A stretch of 64,000 bases of DNA from an uncultured Candidatus Actinomarina sp. (GCA_902622665.1 CACNQV010000001.1:51666-115665); one strand, 5' to 3'. Positions 37,350-45,948 are shown, counted from the stretch's first letter. The notes: generated by a model from the sequence alone, not told the origin. Program-made: numbers and translations.

Positions 37350-37592
37350 ATGGAATTAATAGACACTCCCAATCCAAATGCTAAAAAAATCCTAATTGAG
37401 CACGACTATGAAATTGCTATATATATTAACGAAGACTCAAGTGATATTGAGGGACTTGCAAAAAAGCTTATAGGAATTGAGGGTATTGCTTCCATCTTTA
37501 CTGGTCCTGGCTTTTTCACTCTTACCAAAGAAGAGTTAGCTGATTGGGAAACTATTAATACCGATATATTAAATAAGTTTGATACAATATAG
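37350..37592 (+). CDS. stand-alone Nfu/NifU N-terminal-domain protein
   Basis: MELIDTPNPNAKKI...GIEGIASIFTGPGFFTLTKEE..W matches the Nfu_N domain (TPNPN...V..DFITVTK). Start moved to the ATG at 37350; the 16-codon ORF-track extension overlaps the divergent gene. Confidence 0.7.
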   Translation: MELIDTPNPNAKKILIEHDYEIAIYINEDSSDIEGLAKKLIGIEGIASIFTGPGFFTLTKEELADWETINTDILNKFDTI

Positions 37593-37594
37593 CT

Positions 37595-38206
37595 ATGGAA
37601 ACCTTTAATCCAGACCCAAAACCAGGAAGAGTTGTTCTACCATTAGTCCTTATTGGAATGATTGCAACAACTTACACTTTCATAAATAGGGTTGCAACAA
37701 ATAATGATTTAGATTTAGTAGCTGAAGAAACTCCCGTTGAAACAGTAGCAGAAGATATAGTAGTGGAAGATACATCTACAACTAGTACAACTACTACCCT
37801 TCCAGATGATTTCGTACAATATCTAGAAGAAATTAGTGCTGAAAAAATTCAAGCAACAGAATTAGGAAAAGATGTACTAGAAGCCAATGAAAACTGGGAT
37901 GAAAAATCTGTAACTTATCAGGAAGCAAAAGATGAATTTAGGGCTTTTATAGCAACCGCTGAACAGTTTGTTACAACAGTAACCGAGCCAGGGCCTCCAA
38001 ATGAATATGCAAATTTAGTTACAAGCCATGAAGAGCTTAAAACTTTAGTTAACTTAATTTATGCAGATACTGTTGAGTTGCTAGCTGGACTTGAATCATC
38101 TGATACAGGTGAACAAAGAGCAGCAGCGCTTGAATCATTTAATAGTAACTTAGATCAATTTATTAAAAAGATTGAAGAAGTTGTTGCATCAGCAACTTCT
38201 AGCTAG
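37595..38206 (+). CDS. hypothetical N-terminally anchored acidic protein
   Basis: 203 aa with a TM helix VVLPLVLIGMIATTYTF followed by an E/T-rich extracytoplasmic region. Starts 2 nt after the Nfu_N stop. Confidence 0.5.
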   Translation: METFNPDPKPGRVVLPLVLIGMIATTYTFINRVATNNDLDLVAEETPVETVAEDIVVEDTSTTSTTTTLPDDFVQYLEEISAEKIQATELGKDVLEANENWDEKSVTYQEAKDEFRAFIATAEQFVTTVTEPGPPNEYANLVTSHEELKTLVNLIYADTVELLAGLESSDTGEQRAAALESFNSNLDQFIKKIEEVVASATSS

Positions 38207-39227
38207 AAGCTGCCGAACAAACTGTATCAATCATCAACATCGCAATGACGTATGGGTCTCCATTAGCGTTAGGCCTTCTGTCTTCAAGATAACCTTTTTT
38301 ATCTACCTCAACTTGCCATGGAATCCTAATTGAAGCCCCTCTGTCGCTAACTCCATAAGAAAAAGTGTCAAAACTTTGAGTCTCATGATCACCTGTGAGC
38401 CTGTCTTCAATATGTGCACCATAATTTTTAACATGCAAATCTGCATTTTTACCAAGAGCTTCACAAGCAGCAACTATGGCATCATATCCACCATCTTCCC
38501 TCATTTGTTTAGTTGAAAAATTAGTGTGCATACCAGCACCATTCCAATCACCTTTTACCGGTTTTGGATCTAGAGTTGCAGAGATGTTCCAATCTTCGGC
38601 AATTCTGTAAAGTAACCATCTTGCAACCCAAATTTGATCACCAATATCTGGTGCTCCTACAGGTCCAATTTGAAACTCCCATTGACCAGGCATAACTTCA
38701 GCATTTGTTCCTGAAATACCCAGCCCAGCTTCCATGCATGCAGTTGCGTGCGCTTCAGAGATTTCTCTTCCATAAACTTCATCAGCACCAACACCACAGT
38801 AGTAACCACCCTGAGGTGCTGGGTATCCTGATGGAGGAAATCCTAAAGGTTGACCATATTTAAGTGAGTCATAAGATTGCTCATAAAACGTATACTCTTG
38901 TTCCATTCCAAACCAAGGTTCAAATTCACCAAAATTTTCAGCTGATTCTACTAATGCAGCTCTGGTGTTTGATGCATGAGGAGTCATGTCTACATTCATT
39001 ACTTCACACATCACCAAAATATTTTCTCCACCTCTGATTGGGTCAGGAAATTGTGAAACTGGCTTTAACACACAATCAGATTGGTCACCTGTTGCTTGTT
39101 GAGTGCTAGACCCATCGAAACCCCAAATAGGAGGTTCTGTTCCTTGATCGATTATTTTTGTTTTACTCCTTAATTTTGCGGTTGGAGTTTGACCGTCAAT
39201 CCATATATATTCTGCTTTTATCTTCAT
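38199..39227 (-). CDS. glnII: glutamine synthetase, type II (eukaryote-like)
   Basis: MKIKAEYIWIDGQTPTAKLRSKTK..., GFDGSSTQQA, WFGMEQEYT, NAEVMPGQWEFQIGP, GAGMHTNFS and LEDRRP are hallmarks of GSII. 342 aa. Confidence 0.9.
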   Translation of the reverse strand: MKIKAEYIWIDGQTPTAKLRSKTKIIDQGTEPPIWGFDGSSTQQATGDQSDCVLKPVSQFPDPIRGGENILVMCEVMNVDMTPHASNTRAALVESAENFGEFEPWFGMEQEYTFYEQSYDSLKYGQPLGFPPSGYPAPQGGYYCGVGADEVYGREISEAHATACMEAGLGISGTNAEVMPGQWEFQIGPVGAPDIGDQIWVARWLLYRIAEDWNISATLDPKPVKGDWNGAGMHTNFSTKQMREDGGYDAIVAACEALGKNADLHVKNYGAHIEDRLTGDHETQSFDTFSYGVSDRGASIRIPWQVEVDKKGYLEDRRPNANGDPYVIAMLMIDTVCSAASS

Positions 39228-39260
39228 GAAAATAATGTAATATATATTTCAAGCAATGTT

Positions 39261-39287
39261 GTTACAGAATTATTAAATAATTGTTTC
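39261..39287. promoter_or_regulatory. possible GlnR-box-like half-sites (GTTAC ... GTTTC) in the glnII/regulator divergent intergenic region
   Basis: GTTAC at 39261-39265 and GTTTC at 39283-39287, which read GAAAC-n17-GTAAC on the glnII strand. These are the pentamers of the actinobacterial GlnR box (gTnAc/GaAAc), but the spacing is not the canonical n6. Confidence 0.2.
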
Positions 39288-39290
39288 GAG

Positions 39291-39920
39291 ATGATAGACA
39301 CATATATAAACATAGATAAAGAACATAAAAACTTAGAAGATTTATTAAAAGCTTCTGGTATTAAAAAACTCGTCATCAAGAATATAAAAAACCCAAAGCA
39401 AATTAATTTAGTTGTAACATCTCTTTCTAAATATGGAGAAACTAAGAAAAATTTGTCAGATTTAGAATCTTCAAATAAACCATTTCCAACATTAATTATT
39501 GTTAATGATGTAGATTTTGAACAAACAGTTGACCTAATTCAAAACCCACAAATCGAATTAATTTCAAGTAATAGCAAATTAGAGGAAGTTGGTGCTAGAG
39601 TTCATGCACTTGTTGGAGACAGCAATTCAGAAATTCTTGAATTTAAAGATCTCAATATTAATTTAAAAACGTACGAAGCAAAAGCCGGTGATACATTGCT
39701 TGATTTAACGTTTATGGAGTACGAACTGCTAAAGTTTTTTGTTGTTAATCAAGAGAATGTTTGGTCTAGAGAGCAACTCTTAGAAAAAGTTTGGGGCTAT
39801 GACTATTTTGGTGGTGCAAGAACAGTCGATGTTCATGTAAGAAGACTAAGAGCGAAACTTGGTGACCAAAGAAATGATTGGATTAAGACAGTACACTCAG
39901 TCGGCTATAAATTTAACTAA
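39291..39920 (+). CDS. OmpR/PhoB-family winged-helix transcriptional regulator with atypical (degenerate) receiver domain; GlnR/GlnRII-like by context
   Basis: C-terminal LTFMEYELLKFFVVNQENVWSREQLLEKVWGYDYFGGARTVDVHVRRLRAKLG...TVHSVGYKF is canonical Trans_reg_C. The N-terminal ~110 aa lack obvious DD and phospho-acceptor Asp motifs. Start set at the ATG at 39291; the TTG at 39189 would overlap the glnII start. Confidence 0.75.
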   Translation: MIDTYINIDKEHKNLEDLLKASGIKKLVIKNIKNPKQINLVVTSLSKYGETKKNLSDLESSNKPFPTLIIVNDVDFEQTVDLIQNPQIELISSNSKLEEVGARVHALVGDSNSEILEFKDLNINLKTYEAKAGDTLLDLTFMEYELLKFFVVNQENVWSREQLLEKVWGYDYFGGARTVDVHVRRLRAKLGDQRNDWIKTVHSVGYKFN

Positions 39921-40260
39921 AGCTATTACCGCAACCACATGTTCTAGATACATTTGGATTATCAATAGAAAAACCTGTTTCCATTAAGCCCTCTTTATAA
40001 TCTAGAGTTGCACCTTTAATATGCTCTAGGCTCTGTCCGTCAACAACAATATTGACACCATCGTACTCTTCAATTACGTCACCATCAAATTTGTCTGTAT
40101 CGAAGAACATTTCGTAAGAGTAGCCAGAGCAGCCCCCAGGTTTTACACCCATTCTTAGAAAGCTATCTTCTGCTGTCTCTTCAGATTTAAGTTCTACAAG
40201 CTTTTTTACAGCACTGTCTGTTGCCAACACTGCTCTTGATGATTTAATTTGTATATCCAT
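39913..40260 (-). CDS. A-type Fe-S cluster carrier (HesB/IscA/ErpA family)
   Basis: LRMGVKPGGCSGYSYEM and the C-terminal CGCGNSFS signature. Start set at the ATG at 40258-40260 (MDIQIK). Confidence 0.85.
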   Translation of the reverse strand: MDIQIKSSRAVLATDSAVKKLVELKSEETAEDSFLRMGVKPGGCSGYSYEMFFDTDKFDGDVIEEYDGVNIVVDGQSLEHIKGATLDYKEGLMETGFSIDNPNVSRTCGCGNSFS

Positions 40261-40337
40261 GAAATAATTATAACAAGAAAACACATATTCAATAAATTAA
40301 TAATTACATCTTTCACAAATGTACTTAGAATATCTAT

Positions 40338-41465
40338 ATGACACAAAGTGATATATTGCTAAAACACCTATCTACAGTGTTTGATCCTGAATTAGGGGCA
40401 AATATTGTAGAGCTTGGAATGGTTAAAGCAGTTGATCATGAAGGATCAACTGTCAAAATAGACCTTGCTTTAACAATTGCTGATTGTCCAATGAGAAATC
40501 AAATTGAAAAGGAAATCACTAGAAAACTGTCTTTACTTGAAAATGTTGAAACAGTTGAAATTAATGTTGTTGCTATGGATCAAGAGGATAGAACAGCAGT
40601 TATGGAAAAAGCACGAAAGAAATCAAGAGAGAATGCCCAACCAACAAAAGTTGATCCAAGAACTAGAGTTATTGCAATAGGTAGTGGAAAAGGTGGAGTT
40701 GGAAAATCAACTTTATCAACAAACATTGCACTTGGTTTATCAAAAAAAGGATTCCAAACTGGTCTTCTGGATGCTGATATTTGGGGATTTTCTATTCCTC
40801 GACTTTTAGGAATTAAAGGAAGAATTGAAGCGAACGATGAGAAACTGATGATTCCATATGATTATGAAAATCTAAAAGTCATTTCAACAGGGTTGATTAC
40901 TAGCGACGAAGATACTGCGCTTATGTGGCGTGGATTAATGTTAAGTAAAGCATTGGAACAGTTTCTGACAAATGTCGAATGGGGAGATCTTGACTACTTA
41001 ATTATCGATCTACCACCTGGTACTGGTGATATTCAAATGGCATTAAGCAGATTACTTCCTCAAGCTGAACTCATTGTTGTCACAACTCCTCAGCTTATGG
41101 CACAAAAAGTTGCGACTAGAGTTGCTGATATGGCAAAAAGAAGTTTTATACCTCTTTTAGGTGTAATTGAAAATATGTCATACTTTGAAACAAGTAACGG
41201 TGACAAGTTTAATATATTTGGCAAAGGAGGGGGAGATGCGCTAGCAGAAAAATTCTCACTTCCAATACTTGGGAGAATTCCTATTAGTGAAGATACAAAT
41301 GATATTGCTGATGATGGTACTCCTTTAATTCTTCAAGAAAAAAACACTCCAACTAAAACAGAAATTGAAAAACTCATTTCTGTAATAGCTAATAAGCTAC
41401 CTCCAATAGTTGATGAAACCTGTACTGGGCGTTTAGCAAAGGTTTTTGAAGAGCTTTCAAAATAA
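40338..41465 (+). CDS. mrp: Mrp/ApbC/NBP35-family Fe-S cluster carrier ATPase with N-terminal DUF59 (MIP18) domain
   Basis: DUF59: VFDPELGANIVELGMV. Deviant Walker A: GSGKGGVGKST. Also DYLIIDLPPGTGD and a ParA-like core. Confidence 0.85.
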   Translation: MTQSDILLKHLSTVFDPELGANIVELGMVKAVDHEGSTVKIDLALTIADCPMRNQIEKEITRKLSLLENVETVEINVVAMDQEDRTAVMEKARKKSRENAQPTKVDPRTRVIAIGSGKGGVGKSTLSTNIALGLSKKGFQTGLLDADIWGFSIPRLLGIKGRIEANDEKLMIPYDYENLKVISTGLITSDEDTALMWRGLMLSKALEQFLTNVEWGDLDYLIIDLPPGTGDIQMALSRLLPQAELIVVTTPQLMAQKVATRVADMAKRSFIPLLGVIENMSYFETSNGDKFNIFGKGGGDALAEKFSLPILGRIPISEDTNDIADDGTPLILQEKNTPTKTEIEKLISVIANKLPPIVDETCTGRLAKVFEELSK

Positions 41466-42760
41466 TGGAAAATATTTCCGTAAATAAACTAGTTGAATCA
41501 ACGAATTCCAACCTTCCAAGAGATATAAAAGTCGAATTTGCAAAAAACATACTTTCTGTAAATAAAGATCCTGAAGATGCAAAAAAAGAGTTTGAACAAT
41601 TAATTAATAAGCTTAGTTTGAAAAAACAAAAAGATGTTATAAATGCAACTGGTACTGTACTTCACACAAATTTAGGTAGATCTCCGGTAAATATATCTTT
41701 TTCAGGAATGTATACAAATATAGAGTATGACTTAACAACTGCTTCAAGAGGTAATCGCAATGACTACTTAACAGAATCTATGAAGATTTTATTAAATGTT
41801 GATAATGTAGCTTTTGTTAACAATAATGCCTCTTCTCTTTATCTTTCATTACTGTGCTTAACAAAAAAACATAACATAGACACTGTCATAGTTTCTCGAG
41901 GTGAAATTATTGAAATTGGAGGCTCGTACAGGCTTCCAGACATCATTTCTGAAACAGGTATGAATTTAATTGAAGTTGGCACAACAAATAAAACTCGTTT
42001 GGGTGACTATGAAAAAGCCTTAAAAGAACATCCCAACTCTGTGGTGTTAAAAGTTCATAGAAGTAATTTTTCAATTAGTGGTTTCACTGAAGAAGTTAGC
42101 CTTAGTGAACTAGTTGATTTAAAAAACAAATATGAAACATTACTTCTCCATGATCTTGGTAGCGGTTTAGTGATTGAGGAATCTTTTCTTGAGAAACACA
42201 GTCTATCCATATTTAAAAAAGAGCCTAGAGTTCAACAGTCAATAAAAGATGGTGTCGATATTGTGATGTTCTCTGGAGATAAGTTATTTGGCTCTGTACA
42301 GTCTGGAATTATTGCAGGAAAGTACGAACTAATAGAATCAATAAAAAGTTTTAGTATCTTCAGAACATACAGATGCTCAGATATAGTTTTGTATGAACTT
42401 CAAAAAACTACAGAATTATATATTCAAAAAAATGAAGAAAATATTCCGTTTTGGAACCTTTTAAAAAACACATATTCGCAGTTAGAGAATAGAATTCAAA
42501 AAATTATTAAGAAAAGTAATTTAGAATATAAAATTATTAATGGTGAAAGCTTAATTGGCGGTGGAACGCTCCCAAACATTACTCTAAGTTCACCTGTGAT
42601 GGTTCTAGATATTGATGAATCAGAAAAAGTTTTAGAGAAACTAGTAAGTAACGAATATCCAATTATTCCTAGGGTAATAAATGGAAAAATCAACATTGAT
42701 TTGAGAAGTGTATTCGAAAGTCAAGATAATGAAATTGCTAAATTTCTGAATTCAATATGA
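41465..42760 (+). CDS. selA: L-seryl-tRNA(Sec) selenium transferase
   Basis: INATGTVLHTNLGRS, NIEYDL..ASRGNRND, VNNNASS, VSRGEIIEIGGSYRLPD, EVGTTNKT, DLGSG and FSGDKLFGSVQSGIIAGK (PLP-lysine region) are collinear with E. coli SelA. Its ATG overlaps the mrp TAA (TAATG). Confidence 0.85.
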   Translation: MENISVNKLVESTNSNLPRDIKVEFAKNILSVNKDPEDAKKEFEQLINKLSLKKQKDVINATGTVLHTNLGRSPVNISFSGMYTNIEYDLTTASRGNRNDYLTESMKILLNVDNVAFVNNNASSLYLSLLCLTKKHNIDTVIVSRGEIIEIGGSYRLPDIISETGMNLIEVGTTNKTRLGDYEKALKEHPNSVVLKVHRSNFSISGFTEEVSLSELVDLKNKYETLLLHDLGSGLVIEESFLEKHSLSIFKKEPRVQQSIKDGVDIVMFSGDKLFGSVQSGIIAGKYELIESIKSFSIFRTYRCSDIVLYELQKTTELYIQKNEENIPFWNLLKNTYSQLENRIQKIIKKSNLEYKIINGESLIGGGTLPNITLSSPVMVLDIDESEKVLEKLVSNEYPIIPRVINGKINIDLRSVFESQDNEIAKFLNSI

Positions 42761-44436
42761 CCGTATTGGCGACAGCTGGCCATGTTGATCATGGTAAATC
42801 TACATTAGTAAATTTCTTAACTGGACAAGAAACTGATCGTTTAAAAGAAGAAAAACAAAGAGGCCTCACCATTAATCTTGGCTATACATATTTTGACTTT
42901 GAAGACAAACGATTTTCAATTGTTGATGTGCCAGGTCATTCAGATTATTTCAAAAATACAGTTAGTGGTTTTTCCAACGTTGATGGGGTTTTGTTCTGTA
43001 TTGACTCAACTCAGGGCTGGTCTCAACAATCAGAAGAACATTTTTTGTCACTCTTAAATCTAGGTGTTAATAATCTTCTTTTTTTTCTAACAAAAATAGA
43101 TAAAAAAGAGATTGTGTTTAGTGAAAATGATTTAAAAAATAAATTGATTGACTTTAAAGAGATTAATTTTGGGGTGATTGAGTTTAGTTCAATAAATAGT
43201 GACAAGAAAATAGTAAAAAAAAATATTTATGAATTTTTCAGCAAATCTGAAATAAATATCAATCCACCTTCTTTATGGGTTGATAGGGTTTTTTCCATTG
43301 CGGGAATTGGAAAAGTAATTACTGGAACTGCAAGTAAGAATATGGGTTTTAATAAGGTTTTTGTAGATGATCAGCACAATCAATTAGATATACGGGAAAT
43401 TGAGAGTTTAGGTCAAAAATTGACTTCTTCAGTCTTATCTTCATCAAGAATTGCAATATCTTTAAAAAATAATAAAAGTAAACCGAAAAGAGGAAGTTTG
43501 TTAACTAACCAATTATTGAAAGAGAAAACTTTCTTGTTGGTTAAACCAAATACCGATACTAGATTATTCTCGGAAAAAGGAACTTTAAGAATTTATGTTG
43601 GAACAAAAACCCAGACAATAAAAAATTTCAAAACTATCAAAATTAATAACAAAACAATAGTGCTTGTACAACTAGAAAAAAGTATCTCCGTCCTAGATTT
43701 TCAAAAAGTATTAGTACATAACTTAACAAAAAATACTTTTAGTGGAGGAAGCGTTCTTTTCTCAACAAATAATAACTACTTAATAAAAAAAATAATCAAA
43801 GAATCTCGAATGAAAAATAATATAACTTCAAAAGATATATTCACTTTGATTCCCGAAAATCTATTAGAAAGTAACTATGACGATTACAAAAAAATTGAAA
43901 ATTTCTATATAAAAAATAATGAATTGAAATATTTAGAGGAAAACATTAAAACCAATATATACAAAATTAACAAATTTGGTGTTAATAATTATTTTTATAA
44001 AAACTTTTATATAGAAGAAGAAGAATTAAAAAAGCTTTTCCTTGAATTTGAATCTATAAATATTCAAAAAGGTCAAATTGTAGAGAATAAAATATTAGAT
44101 ATAGATATCCAGCTTCTTACAGAAATTAAATCTAATTTGGGTGATACGTTGAATGTTAATGAAATTGACTTAAAAAAATATGAGACAGAAGCGATTAAAT
44201 CTCTATTTATAAATAATTGTTTGTATAGAGTTTCAAAAAATATAGTTATATCAGAAGAGCAAAGAAGTCAATTAATTAAAATTATTGACATTTTGCCAAA
44301 AAACTTTTCAGTATCAGATTTTAAAGAAAAATCGTCTCTTTCAAGAAAATATGCTATTCCATATCTGGAATTTTTAGATAGAGAGTTAATAACAAAAAAG
44401 ATAGACAGTAGCGGTTTAAGAATGAAAATAAATTAA
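42757..44436 (+). CDS. selB: selenocysteine-specific translation elongation factor
   Basis: ATAGHVDHGKSTLV (G1), RGLTINLGY, VDVPGH (G3) and TKID (G4 variant), then a long C-terminal extension as expected for SECIS-binding winged-helix domains. ATGA overlap with selA. Confidence 0.8.
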   Translation: MTVLATAGHVDHGKSTLVNFLTGQETDRLKEEKQRGLTINLGYTYFDFEDKRFSIVDVPGHSDYFKNTVSGFSNVDGVLFCIDSTQGWSQQSEEHFLSLLNLGVNNLLFFLTKIDKKEIVFSENDLKNKLIDFKEINFGVIEFSSINSDKKIVKKNIYEFFSKSEININPPSLWVDRVFSIAGIGKVITGTASKNMGFNKVFVDDQHNQLDIREIESLGQKLTSSVLSSSRIAISLKNNKSKPKRGSLLTNQLLKEKTFLLVKPNTDTRLFSEKGTLRIYVGTKTQTIKNFKTIKINNKTIVLVQLEKSISVLDFQKVLVHNLTKNTFSGGSVLFSTNNNYLIKKIIKESRMKNNITSKDIFTLIPENLLESNYDDYKKIENFYIKNNELKYLEENIKTNIYKINKFGVNNYFYKNFYIEEEELKKLFLEFESINIQKGQIVENKILDIDIQLLTEIKSNLGDTLNVNEIDLKKYETEAIKSLFINNCLYRVSKNIVISEEQRSQLIKIIDILPKNFSVSDFKEKSSLSRKYAIPYLEFLDRELITKKIDSSGLRMKIN

Positions 44437-44687
44437 TTGTAAATAGTTTCTCTTTTTCGTTCTACCTCATTGAGACCACCCCAAACACCGAAAGGTTCGG
44501 AAATTTCATTTGCTTCTTCAAGGCATTCAATCTTTACCGGACATCCACTACAAACAGATTTTGCTTTTGCCTCTCTTTTTTCACGATCTTCTTTTTTTTC
44601 AAAAGTGGCAGGTGGAAAGAATAAGTTACTGCTGTGTTGTCTACAAAGAGCATCGTACTGCCAAGTTGAAACCTTTATTTGAAGCAT
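44433..44687 (-). CDS. WhiB-family (Wbl) Fe-S transcriptional regulator
   Basis: Four-Cys pattern C-x(n)-CSGCPVKIEC followed by GVWGG and a basic tail, which is diagnostic for actinobacterial WhiB-like proteins. Confidence 0.85.
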   Translation of the reverse strand: MLQIKVSTWQYDALCRQHSSNLFFPPATFEKKEDREKREAKAKSVCSGCPVKIECLEEANEISEPFGVWGGLNEVERKRETIYN

Positions 44688-44746
44688 ATTAAAACAGTAA
44701 ACGTTGAAAATAATCTGTAAAAAGATTTTTTTCGCGAAGTAAGCCT

Positions 44747-45907
44747 CTAAATTATGAGTTTTCCATCTTCTTCAACAAGTTTGTACTCATTTTTTATGGT
44801 ATAAGAATTGTTTTCAATTCTATCAACAACAATTTTTTTTCCATTTAACCTTACTAATGCTTGATTATTGTTGATTAACTCCACCAAAATAACTTTAGAG
44901 TTAACCAATGATGACATCGCACTTGTATCAGTAGTAAGTCGAGATCTAATCACAGTAGGTATTGCAATAAAGTAAAAGAAGGCAATTATTGATGAAGAGC
45001 CAAATAAGAGAAAATGATTAATTCTAAGTAAATAATCTGAAAACATGATCAGTGAAGAACTATGCATCACTATCAACGCTGTTACACCAAGTGGGCCAAA
45101 AAAGCCTCTAGAGAGAACTTTTATAAACATTAAAAACGATACTAAGAAAATTAGTAAACCAATATAGTTAAAGTTGTATTCTTGAAACGTCATTGAAGAA
45201 AATGCTATTAACAATGCCCCATTAAATGCCATTAAGCCAGGTCCTATTGCAAACAATTCTAAACCTATTAAAGCAAAACCAAGAGCAAAAAATAAGTATG
45301 TAAATACTGGATTTGATATTGCTATATAAAATCTTTCAAAAAGCGAGGGTTTTATAAATCTAATTTGATTGATTTCTTCAGAGCTTAGATCGAAACTTAG
45401 AGATATTTGCCTGATTCTTGACGGTATCTCTTGACTTCCTATGTTTTCCACAAATGCACCCATAGAACCTACAATTAAATAATCCTTGTAGATACCTTCC
45501 TCAGCTGTAATTAAAACATCATTGTTGGTACAAGTATTTGTGTCGCAAATAGTTTCAAATAAACCCGGACCTTCATTATTTGTAATGATTGTTCCAGGAG
45601 ACAAACCTACAAAATCAAAATTTCGTAAAAGACTCAAATCAACTTCTCTTTTGTTTGGTCCTACCCAAATTGCTTTTGGAGCATCCATATTGTTTAAAAT
45701 ATTATGAAGATCATCTATAGAATTTAGATTTACATCTGAAGCATTGTACTGAACAATAAAGAAGTTTTCTTCTCCCTTGCTATTATCTTCAATGTATCTT
45801 TCAATAGCATTTATGTGTCCACTTGAAAAAATACCTTCAATTTCAAATATATTGACATTCACAGTGTTCAGCGCTGCCATAAATAATATAGGTAATAGTT
45901 TTAACAT
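44747..45907 (-). CDS. NfeD-family membrane protein (long form: ClpP-like N-domain, TM bundle, C-terminal OB domain)
   Basis: Signal/anchor MLKLLPILFMAAL and a central 4-5 TM segment. The C-terminal VILVELINNNQALVRLNGKKIVVDRI...KLVEEDGKLII resembles the NfeD OB fold. Confidence 0.55.
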   Translation of the reverse strand: MLKLLPILFMAALNTVNVNIFEIEGIFSSGHINAIERYIEDNSKGEENFFIVQYNASDVNLNSIDDLHNILNNMDAPKAIWVGPNKREVDLSLLRNFDFVGLSPGTIITNNEGPGLFETICDTNTCTNNDVLITAEEGIYKDYLIVGSMGAFVENIGSQEIPSRIRQISLSFDLSSEEINQIRFIKPSLFERFYIAISNPVFTYLFFALGFALIGLELFAIGPGLMAFNGALLIAFSSMTFQEYNFNYIGLLIFLVSFLMFIKVLSRGFFGPLGVTALIVMHSSSLIMFSDYLLRINHFLLFGSSSIIAFFYFIAIPTVIRSRLTTDTSAMSSLVNSKVILVELINNNQALVRLNGKKIVVDRIENNSYTIKNEYKLVEEDGKLII

Positions 45908-45948
45908 TTTATATACTTAAATATATAGGATAGTATTCTTTAAAAACT

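Noticed and set aside
39189-39290. TTG-initiated N-terminal extension of the OmpR-family regulator, overlapping the glnII start codon.
   Set aside because: It would overlap the divergent glnII coding start and remove the shared promoter region. The in-frame ATG at 39291 gives a normal-length regulator.
39913-40260. Possible selenoprotein forms of local redox proteins: HesB-like here, thioredoxin-like 51574-52167, MsrA 62186-62788.
   Set aside because: All three have Cys codons at the positions where Sec occurs in the selenoprotein versions (CGCG, CNHC, GCFWC). No in-frame TGA interrupts them.
41465-44746. Search for selC (tRNA-Sec) next to selA/selB.
   Set aside because: selA and selB overlap, selB overlaps the convergent whiB, and the only nearby spacer (44688-44746) is AT-rich with no stem-rich ~90-nt element. 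No tRNA-Sec can be supported in this window.
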